DNA of 64,000 bases. Origin: an uncultured archaeon (GTDB lineage Archaea > Thermoproteota > EX4484-205 > JAAOZP01). The notes under the pieces were generated by a model that was given only the letters and a program-made list of their open reading frames with translations, had not been told where the DNA came from and searched no databases. The DNA lies in assembly GCA_938045545.1 (NCBI GenBank), contig CALIBN010000007.1:16073-80072 (forward strand), written 5' to 3'. The number at the start of each line of letters is the position of its first letter. Positions within the stretch are counted from its first letter, which is position 1. This document shows positions 37,509 to 46,327 of this stretch, in pieces. A program made the position numbers and the translations under genes.

Positions 37509-38458
37509 TCCTCCAGCCTCCTTCCGGTTAGCTTTAGAAAAACATCTTCAAGCGTAGGCTTGACTACGCTTACACTCAACATCCTTACTCTTTTCTCACC
37601 GAGGATTAGTATGGTCTTAGGCAGATCCTCGTCGGGGTCGTCAGTATGAACATGTACTTCGCCGTTACAACTATAAACGTTTCCCCAACGGCTCTTTAAA
37701 ACAGCAGAAGCATTCTCGACTTGTTCAGGAACGGGCTTAATCACTAGCACAGCTGGCGGGGCATAGAGTTTTTTAAGCTCCTCAGCACTGCCCTCCGCGA
37801 TTAACTTACCCTTGTCTATTATTGCAACCCTGTTTGCAAGTCCTTCTGCCTCGTCAACAAGATGAGTCGCCATGAGGATGGTAACTCTGTTTGAAACTTT
37901 TTTGCGTAGCAATTCTAGGACGCTTCTGCGCATAGCCGGGTCTAAAGCTGTAGTCGGCTCATCAAGTATCAGCAGCTCAGCCTCAATGGCTAGGGATAGT
38001 ATGATTGAAGCGAGTTTCATCTGCCCCGTTGACAGTTTGGAAGAGAGCCTGGTTGCTAACTCCTGAACACCCAATTTTTCAAAAAGCCACTTAGCCTCCT
38101 GCCGGACAGTATTCCTGTTGAAACCGTATAACGATGCGTAGAAATCAACATTCTCCATTACTGTTAGCCAAGGGTATAATGGTGGAGTCGCTGGAAGATA
38201 GGAGATTTTTAAACGCGTTGACGGATCGAAAGGACTACCCCCAAGAACCCTAATGCTTCCAGACGTCGGCTTCATAACGCCAGCTATAATGTTGAACAAC
38301 GTTGACTTGCCTGCACCATTCGGCCCTATGAAAACGTATACCTCGCTAGGCCTAACCGTGAAGCTGACCGCGTCCAGCGCGACGACACTGTTATATGATT
38401 TAGAAATCCCTTGAGCAGCAACCACTTCCTGCCCCATGATTCTATCACATTTTTTCAA
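37505..38458 (-). CDS. ABC transporter ATP-binding protein (ABC-2/DrrA-like)
   Basis: Walker A GPNGAGKST, signature LSTGQMKLAS and Walker B LLILDEPTTALD. Length is 317 aa. Confidence 0.85.
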   Translation of the reverse strand: MKKCDRIMGQEVVAAQGISKSYNSVVALDAVSFTVRPSEVYVFIGPNGAGKSTLFNIIAGVMKPTSGSIRVLGGSPFDPSTRLKISYLPATPPLYPWLTVMENVDFYASLYGFNRNTVRQEAKWLFEKLGVQELATRLSSKLSTGQMKLASIILSLAIEAELLILDEPTTALDPAMRRSVLELLRKKVSNRVTILMATHLVDEAEGLANRVAIIDKGKLIAEGSAEELKKLYAPPAVLVIKPVPEQVENASAVLKSRWGNVYSCNGEVHVHTDDPDEDLPKTILILGEKRVRMLSVSVVKPTLEDVFLKLTGRRLEE

Positions 38459-38944
38459 TCACTATCTTTAAGTCTTATTCTTAATCTATTATCCTAAAAG
38501 ATTAGGCTCATATTTCCTAATGTGCAAGCCATATGGAAATCTATATCAGGTTGTTTAATCTGGAACCCATGTATATGCCTAAACGTACGTTCAGACTACT
38601 TGAGCCAAAAATTTATGGGACTACGATTTGCGAGTTAGGGATTATTTCACCCTCAGGTGGATAAGGATTTGCTTAATGCTCAAGGTTAGAACGACCTAGG
38701 TTTTGATTTGTGCAGGGTTCGGCCCCTGCTATAACTCGGAAGAAAACTGGATTGAAGAGGCTAAACGACTTATAAAGTGGCTTCCCAAATGGAGGTCATT
38801 TCATCGGTTTCTCTAACGAGATGCGCCCGCTCCACTCCTTGAAAGCATCTAGCATTCCATAAGACTGTCAACGAGTATGGCAGACATCCTGCAGGAAGGA
38901 AAACATGTTTCTAAACTGCCGAGCAATCGGTATCCTGTTATCAA

Positions 38945-39448
38945 CTATCTTCTCGCTTCTCTGACCATGTGGCCGATTTCAGGAAGTATCAGCCTCCTAA
39001 TCGCTAATTCCACAGCATTCTTCGAACCCGGTAGACATATAAGTATCTTTCCCTTTACAACTCCTGCGAACGCTCTTGTAAGCATCGCAGCCGTACCTAT
39101 TTCACTGTAGCTGAGGAACCTGAAAAGCTCGCCGAACCCCTCAATCCTCTTCTCAACTGTTTTAGAGACTGTTTCAACCGTAACGTCCCTCCTGCTCAAC
39201 CCGGTTCCTCCCATAGTCAGTATAACGTCGATTCCCCCGTTGCTAAGCAGCTCTTCAATGATCCTCCTTATCTCCCCCTCGTCGTTCCGCACGATAATCC
39301 TCTTGCACACCTCGTGCCCACTGCTCTTCAAAATATCCTCCGCTATCCTACCGGATTCGTCTGTTTCAACCGTTCTGGAGTCGCTTACAGTAACCAGTGC
39401 GAAAACGAGGCTTCTGGGAGAAGCCTTCCTATGTTCTAAATAGTCCAA
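38945..39448 (-). CDS. moaB: Molybdenum cofactor biosynthesis protein B (MoaB/MogA family)
   Basis: A 167-aa MoCF-biosynthesis fold with GGTGLSRRDVT. It is the last gene of the moaD-E-C-B operon. Confidence 0.75.
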   Translation of the reverse strand: MDYLEHRKASPRSLVFALVTVSDSRTVETDESGRIAEDILKSSGHEVCKRIIVRNDEGEIRRIIEELLSNGGIDVILTMGGTGLSRRDVTVETVSKTVEKRIEGFGELFRFLSYSEIGTAAMLTRAFAGVVKGKILICLPGSKNAVELAIRRLILPEIGHMVREARR

Positions 39449-39897
39449 TCCTTAACCTTCTCCTCGATAACTATGCTTTCTATCGCTGTGAACGGATACT
39501 GCCCTTTCTCATCCTTCTCAATCTCCTTAACCATGTCCCAGACCGTTAGTAAAGCTGCAGCCACCCCGGTTAAAGCCTCCATCTCCACACCGGTCTTAGA
39601 CTCTGAGACAACCCGACATACTACTGAAACCCTGTCTTCCCCCGTTTGAAACTCGACAGCTATATGTGTTAGAGGAATAGGGTGGCAGCCGGGTATCAGC
39701 TCAGGAGTCTTCTTAACAGCTAGGATTGCTGAAACCTTTGCAACAGTAAGAACATCGCCTTTCGCAATCCTACCGGTTTTCAACGCATCCACTGTTTCGC
39801 GCCTAAGCCTTATCCATCCCTTTGCAACAGCCATCCTGCGTGAAGGCTCCTTGCCGCTTATGTCGACCATCTCCAGCCCCTTTTCGTTCCAGTTCAA
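39436..39897 (-). CDS. moaC: Cyclic pyranopterin monophosphate synthase MoaC
   Basis: 153 aa, with conserved MVDISGKE…, HMGVT… and GVEMEALTAVSVALLTVYDM-like regions. Confidence 0.8.
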   Translation of the reverse strand: MNWNEKGLEMVDISGKEPSRRMAVAKGWIRLRRETVDALKTGRIAKGDVLTVAKVSAILAVKKTPELIPGCHPIPLTHIAVEFQTGEDRVSVVCRVVSESKTGVEMEALTGVAAALLTVWDMVKEIEKDEKGQYPFTAIESIVIEEKVKDWTI

Positions 39898-39900
39898 GGT

Positions 39901-40311
39901 TTAAACAGCCTCCTTAACCCATCTTTCCCCTCTGGGTGTAACCTCTTTTTTCCATATTGGTGCACGTGCCTTAACCTCGTCTATAATCCAGCTGCAGGCT
40001 TTGAAAGCCTCCCTCCGACTTTCGGCTGAGGCGGCCACCAGAACTATGTTTTCTGCCTGCTTCAGTCTTCCAACCCTATGAATAATGGCTGCATCAATTA
40101 TTCTGAATTTTTCTAAAGCGTTTCTCCTTATTTTTTCAAGCTCCGCCTCCGCAACCTCCCTGTATGCTTCGACAATCATCTCGCTAACAGTCTCCCCTTC
40201 CCTAAACCCCTTCACAACACCTAGGAAAAACACTATTGCGCCGGTTTCCATTCCCTTCAGTGTTGAAGCAACCTCGTCTATTGAGAAATCATCCTCGGTA
40301 ACGCGGATCAT
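39901..40311 (-). CDS. moaE: Molybdopterin synthase catalytic subunit MoaE
   Basis: 136 aa. It is immediately downstream of the MoaD-like gene, with a 1-nt spacer. Confidence 0.7.
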   Translation of the reverse strand: MIRVTEDDFSIDEVASTLKGMETGAIVFFLGVVKGFREGETVSEMIVEAYREVAEAELEKIRRNALEKFRIIDAAIIHRVGRLKQAENIVLVAASAESRREAFKACSWIIDEVKARAPIWKKEVTPRGERWVKEAV

Positions 40312-40312
40312 T

Positions 40313-40552
40313 CTAACCGCCTCCGGCTGGAGGGAACACGGCTACTACATCTCCCTCGTTTAAACAGGTGTTCAAATCCACTGTTCTCCCGTTAACAGCT
40401 ATAAGGAAGTTCTCCCCAGCCAGGTCAGCATGCCTCCCCCTGAGTTTTTCAACGATTTTCCCAACGGTTGTCCCCTCGTCAACCTCCAGTGTCTCCTTCT
40501 CGCCGACTTTCTCCCTAATCCAAGCGTAATATTTTACTTCGATCCTCATCAT
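40313..40552 (-). CDS. moaD: Molybdopterin synthase sulfur-carrier subunit MoaD (ubiquitin-like, C-terminal Gly-Gly)
   Basis: A 79-aa beta-grasp protein ending …VFPPAGGG, followed by the stop. Confidence 0.65.
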   Translation of the reverse strand: MMRIEVKYYAWIREKVGEKETLEVDEGTTVGKIVEKLRGRHADLAGENFLIAVNGRTVDLNTCLNEGDVVAVFPPAGGG

Positions 40553-40625
40553 TATTCCTCCGGCTAACGTAATGATTTAAAGCTGGCTATAAAAGGTTTC
40601 TAACAGAAAAGCGTTTAAGCATGCT

Positions 40626-43097
40626 CTAGTAGTGCGATACTGTTATTCTCTTCCTGAGCTCTGGTTTTGAGAGCGGCCTATACAGCTTTACCAGAATCCT
40701 TTTCTCAATACGCGGGGGAAGGTCGAAGAAGTTATCGCTGAACTCTGCTTTCACCCCTCTAATCCTTACTTCGCATGATTTTACAACATTGTTCGAAACC
40801 AGGGTTAGCTCATAGGTTGCACTGTCCTTTCTGCTAAGCTTCATTCTAATTCTAGGCTTGGGAAGCGTAATATGCTTCACTTTTTCAAGGAATACCACGT
40901 CATACCTTGGCTCAGAGTCTTCAGGCTCGAAAACGCATACTAGAAAATTGCTGAACCTGTCTTTCACGCTTAACTCGCTTAGGCTTAGCTCCATACAGGG
41001 CTTTGAAGAATTCGCCTCTACAACAACCTCCATCTCTACTCCCGCCTTCCTGTTCCCCTTCAGGTCGAAAGACATGATCCTAAGCCTGCCCTTCACCGGT
41101 TTAAGAAGATCATTGCAAACCCAGGCCTCCACCTTATCCTGTTTAACAAGCAGGCTAACGTTAACGGGGTCGAATGCCCTCTTCACGTAGTAGTATGAAG
41201 CCTTAAGGTTACCGTAATAGTCGATCAGGCTCCAGCTGAACACTGGCCAACAGTCGTTGAGCTGCCATATCAAAGCTCCCCCCGTCTTAAACTTTCTCCT
41301 CCTCCAGTGTTCTACACCCGTCTTCATAGCTTCCCCTTGGTTTATTTGAGTCAAGAAGACAAACCTGCTCATTTTTACAGCCAGCTTGAAATGCAACAGA
41401 ATGAAAAACCAGAGTCTCTCCTGCCCAAAATGCTGCTTATTATGGAATTCGATGACTCTGCTCTGCGGATCCCTGTCCCCGGGAAGAGTAAACCTTCTAA
41501 TCGTTTCCATCGAGGGTGCCGACTGGAAGCCGAATTCGCTTATGAACCTGCCCTTATCATTAAGATACTCCGTGTAATCTCTTAGCATAGACCAAACCTC
41601 CCAGTTATGCCTGTCTCCCTCGCTCTGCGAATTAGGATCGTCACCCCCATATGGGCTACTCGGCCAGTAGAAGGTTGTAGGGTCAAGTTTAGAGCAAACC
41701 TCGGGAAGTATTTTGTGGTAGATCGTCTCGCCATAGAACCTATCCTTGATGCCGTACCAATGCGCTTTGAACCCCCAGTGATTCTCGTTGTTACCACACC
41801 ATATTGCTAGGCAAGCGTGATTCCTGAGCCTCTTCACCACTTTCTCAGCCTCCTTTCTAACTAATTCGAAGAACCATTCTTCCTCAGGGTACTCTGCGCA
41901 TGCGAACATGAAGTCCTGCCAGACAAGTATCCCCTTCTCGTCGCAAAGCTCATAGAAAGCCTCATCCTCATACACACCGCCGCCCCAGACTCTTACCATG
42001 TTCATATGCGCCTCCTTCGCCCTGCTTAGAAGATAATCGTAAACCTGCCTGCTGACCCTAGGTAGGAAGGAGTCTGCAGGAACCCAGTTTACCCCTTTGC
42101 AGAAAACTGGAACATTGTTAACTCTGAAGAAGAACGTTTTACCCTCTTCATCCCTCTCCTGAACTACTTCGATCCTTCTTATTCCAACTTTCTTTTTAAC
42201 CATATCTAAAACACCCTTCGAGCCCTCAACAACAATCTCCAAGTCGTAAAGGTTCTGCTCACCATAACCGTTTGGCCACCATAGTTTCGGATTCTGAATG
42301 TTAAACTCGATTTTAACATCGTTTAATCCGGGTGAAACATCCATATGTTCCTCCCTAACCTGATCTTCGCCGAAACCCTTCACCCGAGTCCTCAGCTTTA
42401 CACCTCCCGTTTCGAAGGCCTCTATAGAGACGCTTACACTTATCTTCGAGCTTTTAAGGTCACTGCTAAGTTCGCTGGAAAAATGGAAGCTTTCAATCTT
42501 ACACACATCGTAAGCTTTAAGCTCCACGCTTCGCCAAATCCCTGAGGTTCCCAGTCTCGGGCCCCAATCCCAGCCGAAGGAGTATTGCGCCTTCCTACCG
42601 TAAACAACCGGGGGATAGAACGCTCCGCCCAGCTTAACGCTGCTCTTGTCATACATTTCCTCAAGAACCCTTTTAGGCGAATCAAGCCTAACTACTAGTA
42701 TGTTTTTCCCTTCTTTTAAAAGATCTTTAACATTAAACTCATGCTCGTGAAACATGTTAGCTGTCCTGCCGACCTCTTTCCCATTGAGCCAGATTGTTGC
42801 AAAAGTATCCAAGCCGTGAAACTTGAGCTCAACATGGTCATGGTTGAGAAACTCTTTGCCTACGTGAAACTCTTTCATATACCACCAATCCTTATCCTCC
42901 ACCCAAGCTACCTCAAGCTCGTTCATTCTGAAGAACGGGTCGGGGATCTTTCTATTCCTAAAAAGGTCAAGATGGACAACGCCCGGCACGGTTGCCTTAA
43001 ACCATGGGCCTGAGCTCGGCGGCGTCTTCTCATCTCTCCCGCATTCTTTGAAAAACCATTCCCCGTTAAGACTTATGGTTTCCATGAGTTTCCACAA
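40626..43097 (-). CDS. GH2-family beta-mannosidase (intracellular)
   Basis: N-terminal LNGEWFFKE…ATVPGVVHLDL…DPFF and sugar-binding and TIM-barrel regions (…WQDFMFACAEYP…NHACLAIWCGNNE) are typical of GH2 beta-mannosidases. Length is 823 aa. No signal peptide. Confidence 0.75.
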   Translation of the reverse strand: MWKLMETISLNGEWFFKECGRDEKTPPSSGPWFKATVPGVVHLDLFRNRKIPDPFFRMNELEVAWVEDKDWWYMKEFHVGKEFLNHDHVELKFHGLDTFATIWLNGKEVGRTANMFHEHEFNVKDLLKEGKNILVVRLDSPKRVLEEMYDKSSVKLGGAFYPPVVYGRKAQYSFGWDWGPRLGTSGIWRSVELKAYDVCKIESFHFSSELSSDLKSSKISVSVSIEAFETGGVKLRTRVKGFGEDQVREEHMDVSPGLNDVKIEFNIQNPKLWWPNGYGEQNLYDLEIVVEGSKGVLDMVKKKVGIRRIEVVQERDEEGKTFFFRVNNVPVFCKGVNWVPADSFLPRVSRQVYDYLLSRAKEAHMNMVRVWGGGVYEDEAFYELCDEKGILVWQDFMFACAEYPEEEWFFELVRKEAEKVVKRLRNHACLAIWCGNNENHWGFKAHWYGIKDRFYGETIYHKILPEVCSKLDPTTFYWPSSPYGGDDPNSQSEGDRHNWEVWSMLRDYTEYLNDKGRFISEFGFQSAPSMETIRRFTLPGDRDPQSRVIEFHNKQHFGQERLWFFILLHFKLAVKMSRFVFLTQINQGEAMKTGVEHWRRRKFKTGGALIWQLNDCWPVFSWSLIDYYGNLKASYYYVKRAFDPVNVSLLVKQDKVEAWVCNDLLKPVKGRLRIMSFDLKGNRKAGVEMEVVVEANSSKPCMELSLSELSVKDRFSNFLVCVFEPEDSEPRYDVVFLEKVKHITLPKPRIRMKLSRKDSATYELTLVSNNVVKSCEVRIRGVKAEFSDNFFDLPPRIEKRILVKLYRPLSKPELRKRITVSHY

Positions 43098-43233
43098 TAT
43101 CGTCGCAAATATAAAACTTTATGCCTTTCAGTTTAAGACTTAGATAAATAGGTTTGCAAGCCCTTATCGAACCATTTTAACTTGAGTCGAAATCGGCGGT
43201 TGAGAAAACCATATATACTGCAAACAACGAGGG

Positions 43234-44811
43234 TTGGGAAACCAACTGAAAGGGAAATTGCTCAGAGAAGCCTCTTCAAAAAGGCAGGATGGCGGAAAGA
43301 AAATAGTGTTAACCGCGTCTGCAGTGGAAATGAGCGATTTCAACCTAAACCCGTTCATAGCCTTTTCAGCAGGGTTCCCCCTGCCATTTTCTAAGAGGCT
43401 CCTCAGGGAAAGGCTTTATCCTCCGCCACCGTTAAACGATGATGGAACCATTAAGCATGCCCCATACGGCTTGAGAAAAATAGAGTCTCTCCTTGTAGAC
43501 GAGTTTGGCGAGGAGAACGTTGCAACCGTTTACCCGACCATGCTTGAAATGTTCGTAGGAAAGGAAACAAGGGTTGTAGGGATTTCTTCAATGGATCCGT
43601 TGGGGATAGGGTTTGTAAGCAGGACCTACACGAGCCTTATCGGTATAGATGGTAAGCCCGTCACAAGAGTGGAGTTTGAAACACTTCTTTCCAACCCTGT
43701 TTTCAAGAAGTACAGGCCTAAAGTAGTGTTGGGTGGAAGCGGTGCTTGGCAAGTTGTCAAGACAGGGGTTCAGCAGAAGCTAGGGATAGACAGTGTGGTG
43801 ATGGGCGAGGCTGAGGAGGATGTTGTAAACCTCTTCAGAAAAGCCTTGAACGGTGAAGAGCTTCCGAAGCAGCTGGTGTGTAGTAGGCCCGTGCTTGAAA
43901 AAGTTCCGTGCATTAAGAAAGCATCCCTGTTCGGTGTTGTTGAAGTCACGCGGGGATGCGGAAGAGGATGTCAATTCTGCTCTCCCACGCTTAGACAGAG
44001 ATACTCATTTCCTCTGGAACACGTATTGAAAGAGGTTGACATAAACGCTAGAAGCGGAACCAGGATGATAACTCTTCAGACTGACGATATATTTCTGTAT
44101 AAGGCGGATTCTAGTTTCACGCCGAACGGGGATGCGGTGTTTGAACTGGTTGACTCAGTAGCTAAAGTTAAAGGAGTAAAGTATATTCAGGTGGCGCACG
44201 CGGCTCTTACGCCTGTAGTCTATGACCGTGGGCTTGTTGAAAAAATAGCGCCCACGCTCGTTGAGAAGTCCAGATGGACTTACTTGAACAATCAGAGGTA
44301 TGCGACTTTCGAAATAGGTATTGAAACCGGGAGTGTCAGACTGATGGAGAAATACATGAGGGGGAAGGCGCTGCCATACACGCCTGAAAAGTGGCCTGAT
44401 ATTGTGGTTCAAGCTCTTGGGATACTTAACGACAACCAGATATATCCTTTAGCGACACTCGTAATGGGTCTTCCCACTGAAAACGAGGAGGACGTTACTG
44501 CAACCCTTGAGCTGCTCGACAGGTTGAAGAATAATAGGGTCTTCTTTGTCCCCCTGCTATTCACATCTGAGGAGGATTGCGTTTTAAACAGGGAGAACCA
44601 TGCCGACTTGCATAGTTTATCAGAGCTTCACTGGGATGTTTTCTCAACGTGTTGGAGGCACAACGTGAAAACGTGGAGGGGAAACGGCTTTCAACATTTT
44701 ATCAGAATCGGGGGATTATTCGCCTACTTGGTTTACTACAGGCGGCTGCACGGCCCCTGGGTCCTAAAACATATTCTAAAGGTTTCAGGTTGGGGTGAAG
44801 AACTGCAATAG
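43234..44811 (+). CDS. B12-binding-domain (class B) radical SAM protein
   Basis: N-terminal cobalamin-binding-like domain plus radical SAM core with TRGCGRGCQFCS (Cx4Cx2C) and SFL-like motifs. Length is 525 aa. Alternative start ATG at 43330. Confidence 0.75.
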   Translation: MGNQLKGKLLREASSKRQDGGKKIVLTASAVEMSDFNLNPFIAFSAGFPLPFSKRLLRERLYPPPPLNDDGTIKHAPYGLRKIESLLVDEFGEENVATVYPTMLEMFVGKETRVVGISSMDPLGIGFVSRTYTSLIGIDGKPVTRVEFETLLSNPVFKKYRPKVVLGGSGAWQVVKTGVQQKLGIDSVVMGEAEEDVVNLFRKALNGEELPKQLVCSRPVLEKVPCIKKASLFGVVEVTRGCGRGCQFCSPTLRQRYSFPLEHVLKEVDINARSGTRMITLQTDDIFLYKADSSFTPNGDAVFELVDSVAKVKGVKYIQVAHAALTPVVYDRGLVEKIAPTLVEKSRWTYLNNQRYATFEIGIETGSVRLMEKYMRGKALPYTPEKWPDIVVQALGILNDNQIYPLATLVMGLPTENEEDVTATLELLDRLKNNRVFFVPLLFTSEEDCVLNRENHADLHSLSELHWDVFSTCWRHNVKTWRGNGFQHFIRIGGLFAYLVYYRRLHGPWVLKHILKVSGWGEELQ

Positions 44812-44816
44812 AGGTT

Positions 44817-45170
44817 CTAAGGGTCTGCAATCATATCTCTAAGCGCTTTATCAACTATTCTCGCTATCTCGACTAGCCCAACCAGTATGCAGGGCACTCC
44901 CCTAAGCCTAGCCAAGTCAGCCGTCATCTGGTCCTGCGTGATGATTACGAGGCTGTTTCTAGCCGCGTGTTCAACTATTATCTCGTCCTCCGCCCCCTTT
45001 AAACCCACGTCGTCAACCGTCTGAGCATCCCACCCAAGTGTTTTAAGAAACGGCTTTAAACCGGAGTACATTTCGTCCAATAGTATCTTGACGTTTTTCA
45101 CGAATAGCATCCTGTTCAGGCTTTTCTTTAATCTTTTCTCTACTAAAGTTGAAGACAATCTTAAACGCAA
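44817..45170 (-). CDS. Mut7-C (DUF82) PIN-like RNase-domain protein
   Basis: The N-terminal KILLDEMYSGLKPFLKTLGWDA matches the Mut7-C family opening (FLxDxMLGxLARWLRxLGYD). Length is 117 aa. Confidence 0.45.
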   Translation of the reverse strand: MRLRLSSTLVEKRLKKSLNRMLFVKNVKILLDEMYSGLKPFLKTLGWDAQTVDDVGLKGAEDEIIVEHAARNSLVIITQDQMTADLARLRGVPCILVGLVEIARIVDKALRDMIADP

Positions 45171-45196
45171 AAGTCTTATAAAAGAGAGGCTGCTTT

Positions 45197-46327
45197 ATGA
45201 TTCGTCGGATGTGGGTTCTCAGAAGCGATGCGGTAACCGTGTGGAACAATAAGGATGTTCAGAAAAGGCTCTCATGGTATAGGGCTGTTATGAAAAACCT
45301 TAAACCAGCCAAATTCCTAATAGCTAAAAGCATCCCGGCACAGGTCGGGGTTAAGGATTTAGAGAACATGAAGGAGGAGGAGCTCTGGAGGCTTCATGAA
45401 AAGCTTAGCTTAGAGTTCAGGAGAATCCATGAGTCTGTGAAGACAGGTAAGGCTGGTGAGACCACTCCTGCAGAAGTAAGCTTCCTAGATGTAAAGATAA
45501 TGCTCTCTGAAAGACTTGTTGAACACTGCGAGTTTTGCGAGAGAAGGTGCAGAGTGAACCGGAGGAGGGGGGAGCAAGGGTTCTGCAGAGTAGGGTTTGT
45601 AAGCAGGGTTTCAACATGGTTCCACCACTTCGGGGAGGAGGGACCGTTAATAGGCGAGGGAGGCTCTGGAACAATATTCTTCGCAGGCTGCAACCTCGGG
45701 CCTTGCGTCTACTGTCAGAACTGGGATATCTCTTCAGATCCTGGGAACGGGGGCGAGGTTAATCCGAGAACACTGGCGCTAATCAGCAGGAGGCTTAGTG
45801 CCGAGAATGCTGCAAACATAAACTACGTGGGGGGAGACCCGACGCCGAATCTCCATACAATACTCTCATCCCTTAAACATTTGGATGTAAACATTCCGCA
45901 GCTCTGGAACAGCAACATGTATTGCAGCACTGAGGCTATGAGGCTTCTCGCTGAAGTCATAGACATATGGCTACCGGACTTCAAGTATGGCAGCGACGAA
46001 TGCGCCAGAAGGCTTTCAAAGGTGGAAAAATATTTCGAAGTGGTGGCGAGAAACCACAGGATTGCCTACGAGAACGGCGATATGATAATAAGACACCTGG
46101 TTCTTCCTAACCATCTAGAGTGTTGCACCAAGCCTGTTTTAAAATGGATATCTGAAAACACTCCTAACGTTCTCGTGAACATAATGGGCCAGTATCATCC
46201 GGATTACTTGGTGGCGAGAAACCCTGGAGCGTATCCAGATATCGCTAGAAGGCCTAGTGCGAGAGAGATGCAGGAAGCCTATGATTACGCGAGAAGGCTT
46301 AACATAGTTTTCGAACCGGTGTCCTAG
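45197..46327 (+). CDS. PflA-like radical SAM protein with an N-terminal Cys cluster and an atypical Cx4Cx2C SAM-cluster motif
   Basis: N-terminal HCEFCERRCRVNRRRGEQGFCRV is the auxiliary Cys motif of the PFL-AE-like 'AmmeMemoRadiSam-type' enzymes. The radical SAM core is FFAGCNLGPCVYCQNW. Length is 376 aa. Confidence 0.65.
   Translation: MIRRMWVLRSDAVTVWNNKDVQKRLSWYRAVMKNLKPAKFLIAKSIPAQVGVKDLENMKEEELWRLHEKLSLEFRRIHESVKTGKAGETTPAEVSFLDVKIMLSERLVEHCEFCERRCRVNRRRGEQGFCRVGFVSRVSTWFHHFGEEGPLIGEGGSGTIFFAGCNLGPCVYCQNWDISSDPGNGGEVNPRTLALISRRLSAENAANINYVGGDPTPNLHTILSSLKHLDVNIPQLWNSNMYCSTEAMRLLAEVIDIWLPDFKYGSDECARRLSKVEKYFEVVARNHRIAYENGDMIIRHLVLPNHLECCTKPVLKWISENTPNVLVNIMGQYHPDYLVARNPGAYPDIARRPSAREMQEAYDYARRLNIVFEPVS

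Noticed and set aside
38712-38729. Possible tRNA T-arm (GGGTTCGGCCCC)
   Set aside because: The loop is 6 nt rather than 7. There is no matching D-arm. The putative 3' acceptor tataact has no complementary 5' partner about 70 nt upstream. I found no canonical GGTTCGAATCC or GGTTCAAATCC T-loop anywhere in the window.
40313-40552. MoaD-like protein ending in GGG rather than GG, as a possible non-canonical sulfur-carrier
   Set aside because: The terminal two residues are still Gly-Gly, so it is compatible with normal MoaD/SAMP chemistry and is not unusual.
43234-43329. Whether the first 32 codons of the B12-radical SAM ORF are real
   Set aside because: Not rejected as a gene, but the upstream extension (MGNQLKGKLLREASSKRQDGG…) is basic and low-complexity. 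Start choice cannot be resolved from sequence alone, so I kept the track coordinates and noted the alternative ATG at 43330.
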